Shown: positions 7,945 through 16,572 of the stretch, piece after piece
Layout of the letters: every line of letters starts with the position of its first letter
Position numbering within the stretch: position 1 is the first letter of the stretch
Assembly: GCA_029258835.1 (NCBI GenBank)
Contig: JAPDJY010000050.1
Span: 1 to 55,167 of the forward strand
Reading direction: 5' to 3'
Source of the DNA: Thermoproteota archaeon
Lineage (GTDB): Archaea > Asgardarchaeota > Jordiarchaeia > Jordiarchaeales > Freyrarchaeaceae
DNA length: 55,167 bases
Made by a program: the position numbers and the translations under genes
Notes under the pieces: model-generated
The model's database searches: none
Seen by the model: the letters and a program-made list of their open reading frames with translations, nothing else
Told to the model about the DNA's origin: nothing

Positions 7945-9396
7945 TCAATCCTGAACCTGCTGAGGTGGTTTTCCCTTCATTGCCGATGTGCGCCCTTCCG
8001 AGAACACCTCTTCTAGGGCTGCTAGGTCGAAGGCTAGCACTTTTTCCTCCTTGCATAGGCCGAGCGCCGCCTCGGTGAAGCCCCCCGACGAGAAGTATGC
8101 GAAGCGTTTTTCCCCCTCTCCCCCCGTCCACTCCACGTTCTCCGCCTTCCGCATCATGTCTGCTACGTCCCTCGGGGAGGCGGGTTTCTCCCTCCACTTA
8201 CACTCTGCTACCAGCATTTCCCCGGTTTCCTGGTTAACCGCAACCACGTCAATCTCCTGATCCCCCCTCCACCACCTCCCTATCTTTGTGAAGGTGAATG
8301 GCAGCTTCCTGCTAACGTTGAGCTTTTGAAGCGCCTCCCTGCATACGTCCTCGAACGTCTGGGACACGAACGTGTTTATGTCTCTTCGAATAGCCTTCAT
8401 CACGTAGCCGGTTTCCCCCATTTCTATTTCATCCATGTGGGTGTGCACATACCTGAACCAGAACCTGAAATAGTTATCTCTTATCTTGTATATCCCCCTT
8501 CTGCTCTTCTCCGGTCTCCTCTCTGTTACAGGAACCTCCCTCTCCACTATCTGCAGGTCTGATAGGGTCGAAAGGTACTTGGCTACGAGGCCCCTCGGAA
8601 GCCCCGTCGCGTTTATTATCTCCCCAAGCTTGGTTCTTCCATGTGCTATAGCCCTTAATATGGAGAAGTAGTATCTCGGCTCCTCAACCTCCTCTCTTAG
8701 CACGAAGACAGGGTCTTGGTAGAGAAAAGCGTCTGTTCTAAGGATCTTCTCACGTATGTTGTCGAAAACGCTGAGCTTGTCCTCGAACTGGACAAGGTAG
8801 CCGGGTGTTCCGCCGAGGATAGCGTATGCTACTATTTGCTCCCTAAAGTCGTAGCGAGGGAAGAACAATCTGGCGCTACCGAAGGGGAAGGGTTTCACCT
8901 GTATCTGCCCCGTCCTCCTCCCGTATAGGGGGCTTCTAGCCCCCAGTAGCTCCTCCATCATGCCAATACTTGACCCGCAAAGAACCATGAAAACCTTGGT
9001 TGAGTGTAGCTTGCTATCCCAGTAATCCTGTATCACCGAGGGAAGGTGAGGGCTGCCAGCCACTACGTAGGGGAACTCGTCAAACACCACCGTCACCCTT
9101 TCCTTCACGGCTTTCTGGTGGATGTATTCGAAGAATGCGTCCCAGTTCGCGAATGGACTCTTCTCAACGAACTTGTCTCCGAAATGCTCTGCGAGTACCT
9201 GTGAGAACCTTCTGAGGTGATCCATCTCAGACTGCTGCCTCCCTAGGAGGTATACCCCTCCAGCCTCCCCAAGAAACTCCTTAAGGATAGCCGTCTTTCC
9301 AACCCTCCTCCTACCGTAAACTATGATCAGTTCCGCCTTTCCTCTCTTCCACCTCTCCCGTAATGCTCTGAGCTCCTTCTCCCTGTCAACGAACAT
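7945..9396 (-). CDS. Archaeal ATPase (ATPase + wHTH + DUF234 PD-(D/E)XK domain)
   Basis: MFVDREKEL, YGRRRVGKT, VVFDEFP, CGSS, YGRRTG, EIDVVAV..AECKW. Confidence 0.9.
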   Translation of the reverse strand: MFVDREKELRALRERWKRGKAELIIVYGRRRVGKTAILKEFLGEAGGVYLLGRQQSEMDHLRRFSQVLAEHFGDKFVEKSPFANWDAFFEYIHQKAVKERVTVVFDEFPYVVAGSPHLPSVIQDYWDSKLHSTKVFMVLCGSSIGMMEELLGARSPLYGRRTGQIQVKPFPFGSARLFFPRYDFREQIVAYAILGGTPGYLVQFEDKLSVFDNIREKILRTDAFLYQDPVFVLREEVEEPRYYFSILRAIAHGRTKLGEIINATGLPRGLVAKYLSTLSDLQIVEREVPVTERRPEKSRRGIYKIRDNYFRFWFRYVHTHMDEIEMGETGYVMKAIRRDINTFVSQTFEDVCREALQKLNVSRKLPFTFTKIGRWWRGDQEIDVVAVNQETGEMLVAECKWREKPASPRDVADMMRKAENVEWTGGEGEKRFAYFSSGGFTEAALGLCKEEKVLAFDLAALEEVFSEGRTSAMKGKPPQQVQD

Positions 9397-9405
9397 CCTA
9401 CCACC

Positions 9406-9440
9406 AGTATACTTAAAAGTAAACTACTTCAAAGTAAACT
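9406..9440. repeat. Tandem 15-bp direct repeat / three AGTAWACT boxes upstream of the ATPase
   Basis: ACTTAAAAGTAAACT (9411-9425) + ACTTCAAAGTAAACT (9426-9440); AGTATACT at 9406-9413. Confidence 0.7.
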
Positions 9441-9541
9441 AACTAAAAATGTCTTTTAAACGTTCCCAGCGTGATCCATAATCACGGTGATAGCTTAAAA
9501 ACGTCGTGCTGTGTGTTTTAGAAAAGGGCAGGTGAGCAATC

Positions 9542-10297
9542 ATGGTTTACGTATCCTTAAGCATACTCTACGGCTCTGCCACCAGCCTGGCGGCGGGGTT
9601 AGCCACCGGGATTGGCGCGCTCCCTGTTTTCCTCCTAAGGAATGTCCCAGAGAAAGTGATGGATGCACTAGTGGGGTTCGCGGCGGGGGTGATGCTGGCT
9701 GCAACGTTCTTCAGTCTCCTCCTTCCATCAATGGAAATCGGAGGGATAATACCTGCATCACTCGGCTTACTTGCAGGAGTAGCAACCATACATCTAATTG
9801 ACAGGTTCATACCGCACTTCCACCCTGTCACCGGCGTTGAAGGCGGCAGGTCAAAACTGGCAAAGGTTTGGCTGCTCATCATCGCCATGACCATTCACAA
9901 CTTCCCGGAAGGGCTGGCTGTGGGTGTAAGCTTCGGGGGAGGCGCATTCGACGTAGGCTTCACCGTAGCCATAGCTATAGGCTTACAGAACATACCTGAA
10001 GGGTTGGCAGTAGCAGTCCCACTAGTAAATGAGGGCTACGGTAGGCTTAAAGCAGCCCGCTACGCCACACTAACAGGGCTCGTGGAACCAGTTGGCGGAG
10101 TGCTCGGTGCAAGCCTCGTTACAGCGTTCACCGCAACGTTCCCTTGGGCGCTCGCGTTCGCCGCAGGAGCCATGCTCTACATAGTAAGCGACGAAATGAT
10201 CCCTGAAAGCCACGCTAAAGGACATGAAAGAGAAGCAACCCTAGGCGTCATATCGGGATTCATCGTCATGATGATCCTCGACACCATAATGGCATAG
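9542..10297 (+). CDS. ZIP family (ZupT/GufA-like) metal transporter
   Basis: GFAAGVML, HNFPEGLAVG, QNIPEG, AGAMLYIV.DEMIPE. Confidence 0.92.
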   Translation: MVYVSLSILYGSATSLAAGLATGIGALPVFLLRNVPEKVMDALVGFAAGVMLAATFFSLLLPSMEIGGIIPASLGLLAGVATIHLIDRFIPHFHPVTGVEGGRSKLAKVWLLIIAMTIHNFPEGLAVGVSFGGGAFDVGFTVAIAIGLQNIPEGLAVAVPLVNEGYGRLKAARYATLTGLVEPVGGVLGASLVTAFTATFPWALAFAAGAMLYIVSDEMIPESHAKGHEREATLGVISGFIVMMILDTIMA

Positions 10298-10430
10298 GAA
10301 AGCATCGACTACACTTCCAGCATCTATGCGGCCCTACCCACCCCAACGCACCCACCTGCCACCCTAAACCTCTCCACCATGATGGCTATCTTAAAGGGTC
10401 ATCACCCGCATACGAGGGTCAGGAATGCCC

Positions 10431-10871
10431 CTATTTACCTGTTTTCACTTCTACCCTTATCTGGTTAGCTCTTGAGAGCGCTAGCCCCACTGGGCAGCGT
10501 CTCTCAACCTCCCTGATAATTTCCTCCGCCACCTCCTGGCTCGCTCCCTTCACACGTATCTTAACGTTGAAGTCCCTTAGGGCGGCGTCGTGCCCCTCTA
10601 CGCCCTTAACCCCTTCCGGGTCGATGCTCGCCTCAGCGATCACCCTGAGCCCCTCCAGCTTAACCCCCTTCTCCTCTGAAACCATCTTAAACATTTCAGT
10701 AAGGCATGCTGCCAACGCGCTTACGAGTAATTGGGGAGGCGTCGGCACTTCTTCGCCTCCAACGCCGCCGAGGGCAGGGGAGGGAGACGTTTCAAACCTG
10801 AAGCGTCCGCACCTAACCTCGGCGCCTCTCTCACTCACGGTAGCTATCGCACCTATAACAGATTTAACCAT
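10431..10871 (-). CDS. OsmC family protein
   Basis: GG..PTPPQLLVSALAAC and RRCPV two-Cys pattern; ATG 10871 after GGTGGTGG. Confidence 0.85.
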   Translation of the reverse strand: MVKSVIGAIATVSERGAEVRCGRFRFETSPSPALGGVGGEEVPTPPQLLVSALAACLTEMFKMVSEEKGVKLEGLRVIAEASIDPEGVKGVEGHDAALRDFNVKIRVKGASQEVAEEIIREVERRCPVGLALSRANQIRVEVKTGK

Positions 10872-11509
10872 TACCACCACCACTACCACGGTAAGCCTTG
10901 AATGTAATTTAAGCGTTCTGCAACATGACTCTGTCAACTTACTGTTGATTATTGGTGAATAAAAATATAAAATATTGAACCTAACGCGTTTGGCTCGTCA
11001 GAAAAATAAACTTCATTAACTTGGTTTGATGATAAATAGCTTCTCTTATCAAACTTATTAAATCTCCCCCAACCAGCCTCCTATCCAAAAATACTTTTTA
11101 GAAATAAAATAATTGTGGAGTCCATGGGGTTCTTTTTCATGATGGTCAAAACATGATGGTGTAGAGTCTTTAATAAAGGAGATAGTTTTGATGGAACCTC
11201 GTACCTTTAAGGTGTTTTATGCTGATGAAACCCTCAAAGACCGTATAAAAATATAATGTCCATGGTATTCCGGGTGTAGTCAAAAAGGGGTAAAGGGTGT
11301 ATGTATTATGGAAGGATCTGTTGGGGGACGTATAATTTTAAGGTAGCTTCGCCTAGCATTGGCCGTTGGCTCGCCGACGCTCACCCAAACCATTACGCCC
11401 CCTTAATCCCGGCACGCTATGACAAATTTAACAGAACCTGCAGCGTCAAATCCTTTCATCCTTCCTCAAAAAGCATCTGCTGGCGAGTTTAAGGTTACGT
11501 TGCCTTCCG

Positions 11510-11875
11510 CTACTTTTGAATCGGAGTGAAAGAGTGTAATATGATCTTTCTCTCTCCTCCTAGGTCTACTTCGGTGAATTCGAGCTTAACCGGCTGCCCT
11601 ACTTCGAGCTCGTCGATACTGGCGTTTATCAGGGAGAAAACCTTGAACCCCTCTTTTAGCTCTACGATCCCAACCGTTTTCCCTGCGAAGTGCAGTCCCT
11701 CAGGATTCGTTGTGAAAGCGTACAGTGTCCCTTCTCCTTCAACTTCAACCCACTCGGTCCTTCTAGAGTTGCAGAAGGGGCAAAAGTCTCTTGGAGGGTA
11801 TATGTACTTTCCACACTCGTCGCATCTTGGAACCATGAACCTCCTCCTCCCCAACTCCTCAAAAAACCTTTCCAA
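11510..11875 (-). CDS. Zn-ribbon/OB-fold DUF35 protein (thiolase partner)
   Basis: CDECG..PPR.FCPFC, GEGTLYAFT, VELKEG. Confidence 0.9.
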   Translation of the reverse strand: MERFFEELGRRRFMVPRCDECGKYIYPPRDFCPFCNSRRTEWVEVEGEGTLYAFTTNPEGLHFAGKTVGIVELKEGFKVFSLINASIDELEVGQPVKLEFTEVDLGGERKIILHSFTPIQK

Positions 11876-11881
11876 GTCCCT

Positions 11882-13069
11882 TCACCCCGCTTCAAGGATC
11901 ATGACAATGTTCCCGTTCATCATGCCATGCTCCGCGTGGACCAACCCGACTTCAGCGTCCCTCACCTGCCTTACTCCAGCTCTCCCCCTAAGCTGGGTGA
12001 CGACTTCGTATATCTCTGCGAGGGGGGTGACGTAAGGCGGGTGGCCAAGGGAGAGCCGCCCACCTGAAGGGTTTAACGCGACATCTCCCTGGTTTATCAT
12101 TGTTCTTCCCTCTTCCACGGCTTTCCCGGCTTCCCCCCTCTCGAAGAACCCCAGTTCCTCGTAAACCATCAGCTCCGTCCCGCTGAAGGGGCCGTAAACC
12201 TCTGCCACGTCTACGTCCTTAACGTTCACCCCTGCCTGCTTGAACGCCTCATGCGCGGCCATCCTAGCGGATGGGATCTCGGTGACGGAATGGTAGACTG
12301 GGAAGAAGCTCGTAGGGTCGTGCGCCTCCCCTATCCCAGTTATGTAGCACGCCTCTCCTCCCACATCCTTAGCCGTCTTTTCGTCTGCAAGTATCACAGC
12401 TCCTCCCCCCTCGGACGTGGGGCAGCAGTCAAGGAGGCGTAAAGGAGGACAAATCACCCTAGACCTTAAGACGTCCTCCACTGTTATTGGCTCCCTCATC
12501 TGAGCCTTCTCGTTCATGGAGGCGTTCCTCCTCAGGACAACTGGAAGGTGGGCTATGGTTTCCCTTGACACTCCGAACTCGTGCATGTACCTTTGAGTAG
12601 CCATAGCATAATAAACGGCTGCACGCATAACACCATACTTACTGTCATAAGGGCCGTAAAGGCCGTTAACTAAGGGAACAAGGTAACCGTGAACGGACGG
12701 ATTCCACCTCTCCCTGCTAACCAGCTTCTCGGAGGCGTACACCAGAACGGTCCTGCACCGTCCCATGAGGATCTCGTAAACGCCATACTTGACGGCCGCC
12801 ATGCTGCTCATTCCTCCAATGTCCACCATAGCCTGCACCTTGGCGTTGACGAAGAGGTACTCCCCCATTCGTTGAGGGGAAAACCTATCTACGTCTCCTG
12901 GATCCGTGAAGTAGCCCTGCGGGGTGGTGAGTATCCCCTCCACGTCCCTCGGCTCGATCCCAGCGTCGTCTAGAGCCGACTTCACGGCCTCATAGGCGAG
13001 CTGCCTAGAATCCGCATCCCATTTCCTCCTTATCTCCGTTAACCCTACCCCGATTACGGCTACCCTCAA
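11882..13069 (-). CDS. Thiolase-family protein (SCP2/Ltp-like)
   Basis: VAVIGVG, LDCCPTSEGG, NPSGGRLSLGHP, QLRGRAG.RQV; paired with DUF35. Confidence 0.88.
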   Translation of the reverse strand: MRVAVIGVGLTEIRRKWDADSRQLAYEAVKSALDDAGIEPRDVEGILTTPQGYFTDPGDVDRFSPQRMGEYLFVNAKVQAMVDIGGMSSMAAVKYGVYEILMGRCRTVLVYASEKLVSRERWNPSVHGYLVPLVNGLYGPYDSKYGVMRAAVYYAMATQRYMHEFGVSRETIAHLPVVLRRNASMNEKAQMREPITVEDVLRSRVICPPLRLLDCCPTSEGGGAVILADEKTAKDVGGEACYITGIGEAHDPTSFFPVYHSVTEIPSARMAAHEAFKQAGVNVKDVDVAEVYGPFSGTELMVYEELGFFERGEAGKAVEEGRTMINQGDVALNPSGGRLSLGHPPYVTPLAEIYEVVTQLRGRAGVRQVRDAEVGLVHAEHGMMNGNIVMILEAG

Positions 13070-13105
13070 CCTCCATCACCCGCAGTTTTCAGCCGACTAC
13101 GTTTT

Positions 13106-13999
13106 CTACGTTTCAACTCGGAAATATACCTCTCCCTCCCTTTTAACCTTGCCTTTTCTCTCAAGCTCTTCTAAATGCTTTTCAATCATGACCTTTTCCC
13201 AGTACCTTAAAAGCGGCTCAGCGTAGGGGAAACCCCCGTAGATGGGGGCAGCGTCAACGAGCTGCTCGATGCTTCGACCTCTTCCAAGAAGCCTGAAGAT
13301 CCTCTCACTTCTTTCATCAATCTTCATTTGGAAAGCGTCGAACTCTGCCTCCAAGTCCCCCACAACCACCCCCCTATGGCCTGAAACAACGATCCTTGGC
13401 CTTAAAGACTTAATTCGCTCTATGGACCTCCTCGTCTCCTCTATGCTAGACTCCCTGTGACCGTACCATGGGCCGAAGGAGGTGAGATCATAGTCAAATG
13501 AGAAGAGTATCCTCTCATTGGGCTCGTAGAAGCAGTAATGATCGTGCGTGTGTCCGGGAGTGTGAATGGGTAAAAGTACTGTGTCCCCAAACTTGAACAC
13601 CGTTTTCTCATTGTAGCTCTCCGTCGGCCTACAGTTCTTAATCCCCATCACTTTCGTCACGAATCCTATCCAGTACTCTGCCAGCCACCCTGGCTCGGTA
13701 AACCTTTCAGACAACGCCTTTAAGTCTCCGCTCGTAGGAAATCCTTCCTCTGGAACGTAGATCGGCTTACCCTTAAAAAGCCAGTTTCCAGCTGAGTGGT
13801 CTGGGTGGGTATGCGAGTTAATGACTAGGTCAACGTCGTACTTCTTCCTAAGTTTCCTTAGGACGTCCACGCCACACCCGGTGTCGATCAAAACCTTAAC
13901 CTCGTCGAGTATGAGGATTGAGAAAGAATAAGGAAACCTTCCTCCGCCTTTCCCCTTAACCAAGTATATGTTATCTGTTACCTCCCTCACCTTCTCCAA
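13106..13999 (-). CDS. MBL-fold metallo-hydrolase
   Basis: SHTHPDH, TPGHT, SGH; TTG 13999 after GGAGG; paralog of 25487..26395. Confidence 0.88.
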   Translation of the reverse strand: MEKVREVTDNIYLVKGKGGGRFPYSFSILILDEVKVLIDTGCGVDVLRKLRKKYDVDLVINSHTHPDHSAGNWLFKGKPIYVPEEGFPTSGDLKALSERFTEPGWLAEYWIGFVTKVMGIKNCRPTESYNEKTVFKFGDTVLLPIHTPGHTHDHYCFYEPNERILFSFDYDLTSFGPWYGHRESSIEETRRSIERIKSLRPRIVVSGHRGVVVGDLEAEFDAFQMKIDERSERIFRLLGRGRSIEQLVDAAPIYGGFPYAEPLLRYWEKVMIEKHLEELERKGKVKREGEVYFRVET

Positions 14000-14227
14000 A
14001 CCTCCATGAACAGCTAAGCTACTTCCAACAGTCAAACAGCACTTAAAACTATTCATCTAGGTGAAGCGCTGGGAACTGTGAAACTAGAGGATTCGAAGGA
14101 GGTTAACCAGAAAGGCTTTTAACGAAGGCTGACTCGCCTAAAGGCGCAGCCTCCAGCCTACGCGTGGAAGGAATAGAGAAGCAGATCGGTTCTTCACGTC
14201 TGTCCCCCGTTGCAACAGTCTGACAGC

Positions 14228-14351
14228 TAACGTGTACTCCTAACCGTGAAGAAAATAGTCTTAACCCGTCCTCCTCCAGCATCCTTAAGGCTTCCATTAA
14301 GCAGTACTCGGTTGCACCCTTCCTAGGGCTTCCACAGATTCCAACGGTCAT
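14228..14351 (-). pseudogene. Iron-sulfur flavoprotein / NADPH-FMN reductase N-terminal remnant
   Basis: MTVGICGSPRKGATEYCLMEALRMLEEDG, then a frameshift to VKTIFFTVR and a stop; downstream Cys motif absent. Confidence 0.65.
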
Positions 14352-14621
14352 GCTAGCACCAAAAGACAGGAAGAAGACGCTGAAATATAAACATGGCCAT
14401 CGCCTCTCGGAAGGTAACCGTTTAACCATCAAGGGCCACTTGAACCCTGTAAACTGCGGTGAGGGTAATAAAGGAATCCTCCACCACCTGTTCGGAGCCC
14501 TTAGAAAAAACGGTTCCTCATCAGTTGCATGCTGGCGTGGGTAAGCAGTCGATGATTCCCTTCAAATCCTGCGGGAGCGTACGCCAGCCCCTTCCTCCGT
14601 TCACCTACCCGGTAAGTTTAA

Positions 14622-16124
14622 CTAGTACTCTATGCCTCTCCTCGCCTGCACACCCTCCCTGTACGGGTGCTTCACCTCCCTCATCTCCGTGACCAAGTTC
14701 GCTGCTTTGAGCAACTCCTTTGGAGCTTTCCTCCCTGTCAGGACAACTTCAACGTTCTCCGGCTTACCTCTTAAAATGTCCAAGACGTCGCTCAGGCTGA
14801 TGAGCTTCAAGTGAAGCGCTAGGTTCACCTCGTCCAGTATCACAATGTCATACTCCCCGCTCATTACGGCGTCCCTCGCCTTCTCGAGAGCCTTCCTAGC
14901 CTGCTCGTAGTCCTCCTCTGAAGGGCTTCCAAGTATGAAGCGGCCGAGCCCGTAAGCTTCAAGGTGGAGGTTTGGAAGGTGCTTCGAGGAGTAGAGCTCC
15001 CCATAGTCAAACCCTCCCTTAATGAACTGGACCACGCATACCTTCAACCCTCTCCCTACCGCCCTGAGGGCGAGGCCGAACGCAGCTGTAGTCTTCCCCT
15101 TCCCATCACCAGTGTAAACTTGGATCAGCCCCCTCTCTAACCTGTGGCGTGGCCCTGGTGAAACGTACTCGGGCTTCACGACCTTGGCGAATATCATCTC
15201 CGCCGCGGTGGCAGGATCCAGCTCCCCCTTCGCCACCCCCTCCTCGACCTCCCTGAACTCCACCTCGTCCATGAGGGATAAAATCTTCTCCTCTAGGAGG
15301 TCCCTGAGGGCGTCCAAGAGCTCATCCCTCCTCGGCTTCATGACCTCCAGAGGGTACCCCTCAGAAGCTAGGAACTCCCTGTGCTCCTCTATCTTCTGGA
15401 GGAGCTCGTCCACGCCTTCCCCTCTTAAAGCCACCGTTTTAACCACGGGAGGCCTCCACTTCCTCGGGGCGCCTAAGTCTAAGATTTCCTCTATGTCATT
15501 AACTGTTTTATCGGCGTTTCCGACATCGGCCTTGTTCACCACGAAGATGTCCGCTATCTCCATTACCCCCGCCTTCAAGGCCTGGATTTCATCCCCCAAG
15601 ACGGGGGGGAGGACTAGTATGACCGTCTGCGCTATCCCCACGATGTCAACCTCGGACTGTCCAGCTCCAACAGTTTCGATGATTACATAGTCCTTGCCTG
15701 AAGCGTCAAGTATCTTCGCCGCGTTGCTGGTAGCCCTCGCAAGCCCTCCCCTGTCACCCCTAGTTGACATGCTTCTTATGAAAACTCCTTCGTCGAGCGT
15801 TAACCCCTGCATTCTAACTCTGTCCCCTAGGAGGGCGCCGCCCGAGAACGGACTGCTGGGGTCCACGGCAATGATTCCAACCGTTTTACCTCTCCGCCTC
15901 AGCTCCTTAGCCATAGCCGCTATCAAAGTACTCTTCCCAGATCCCGGCGGCCCCGTGACACCTATTATGTGAGCCCTACCAGTGTGGGGGGCGATAAGCC
16001 TAGTTATAACGTGCGCCTCTGCAGGGTTGTCCTCGACTATGCTTATCAGCCTGGCTATAGCCCTCTTGCTACCCTTTAAAGCCTCCTCAACCAGCCTACC
16101 TCTCTCTACATCATCTACAATAAT
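14622..16124 (-). CDS. meaB: MeaB GTPase - cob(I)alamin adenosyltransferase (CobA/BtuR/CobO-type) fusion
   Basis: Frame open upstream of the TTG at 15926: RAIARLISIVE, IGVTGPPGSGKST, AVDPSSPFSGGALLGDRVRM, ETVGAGQSE, NKAD; then GLIQVYTGDGKGKTTAAFG, QFIKG, ILDE, VLTGR, ARRGIEY. Start inferred at ATT 16124. Confidence 0.9.
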   Translation of the reverse strand: MIVDDVERGRLVEEALKGSKRAIARLISIVEDNPAEAHVITRLIAPHTGRAHIIGVTGPPGSGKSTLIAAMAKELRRRGKTVGIIAVDPSSPFSGGALLGDRVRMQGLTLDEGVFIRSMSTRGDRGGLARATSNAAKILDASGKDYVIIETVGAGQSEVDIVGIAQTVILVLPPVLGDEIQALKAGVMEIADIFVVNKADVGNADKTVNDIEEILDLGAPRKWRPPVVKTVALRGEGVDELLQKIEEHREFLASEGYPLEVMKPRRDELLDALRDLLEEKILSLMDEVEFREVEEGVAKGELDPATAAEMIFAKVVKPEYVSPGPRHRLERGLIQVYTGDGKGKTTAAFGLALRAVGRGLKVCVVQFIKGGFDYGELYSSKHLPNLHLEAYGLGRFILGSPSEEDYEQARKALEKARDAVMSGEYDIVILDEVNLALHLKLISLSDVLDILRGKPENVEVVLTGRKAPKELLKAANLVTEMREVKHPYREGVQARRGIEY

Positions 16125-16141
16125 GGACGCCTCCTTCCAGC

Positions 16142-16555
16142 TTACAGGCTTCTCTTAAGGTTCCTCTTTATGAACTCTATTACCTCCTCAGTCATCGTCC
16201 CGGGACCAAACACTTCTGCGATCCCTACCTCCTTAAGGCGGGGCACGTCGTCGTCCGGAATTATCCCTCCCGCCAGGACTAGAACGTCGTCTAACCCATT
16301 CCTCTTCATGAGCTCCATAACCTTGGGAAGCAGGGTCATGTGGGCTCCTGATAGGATGCTGAGGCAGAGAACGTCCACGTCTTCCTGAACGACTGTTTCA
16401 ACTATCTGCTCGGGTGTCTGCCTAAGCCCAGTATATATCACCTCGAACCCGGCGTCTCTAAGCGCTCCTGCTATAACCTTCGCCCCCCTGTCATGGGAGT
16501 CAAGCCCCGGCTTGGCGACGAGCACCCTAATCCTCCTCTTGCTCATCTTAACCAC
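16142..16555 (-). CDS. Acyl-CoA mutase small (cobalamin-binding) subunit
   Basis: [13 protein letters not shown] (DxHxxG), SILSGAH, GGIIP, FGPG. Confidence 0.95.
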   Translation of the reverse strand: MVKMSKRRIRVLVAKPGLDSHDRGAKVIAGALRDAGFEVIYTGLRQTPEQIVETVVQEDVDVLCLSILSGAHMTLLPKVMELMKRNGLDDVLVLAGGIIPDDDVPRLKEVGIAEVFGPGTMTEEVIEFIKRNLKRSL

Positions 16556-16572
16556 CCGCTGTAGGAACTATA

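Noticed and set aside
10940-11500. AT-rich gap with a 63-aa ORF; possible remnant or ncRNA
   Set aside because: No recognisable motif, terminal repeats or stable structure; cannot be supported
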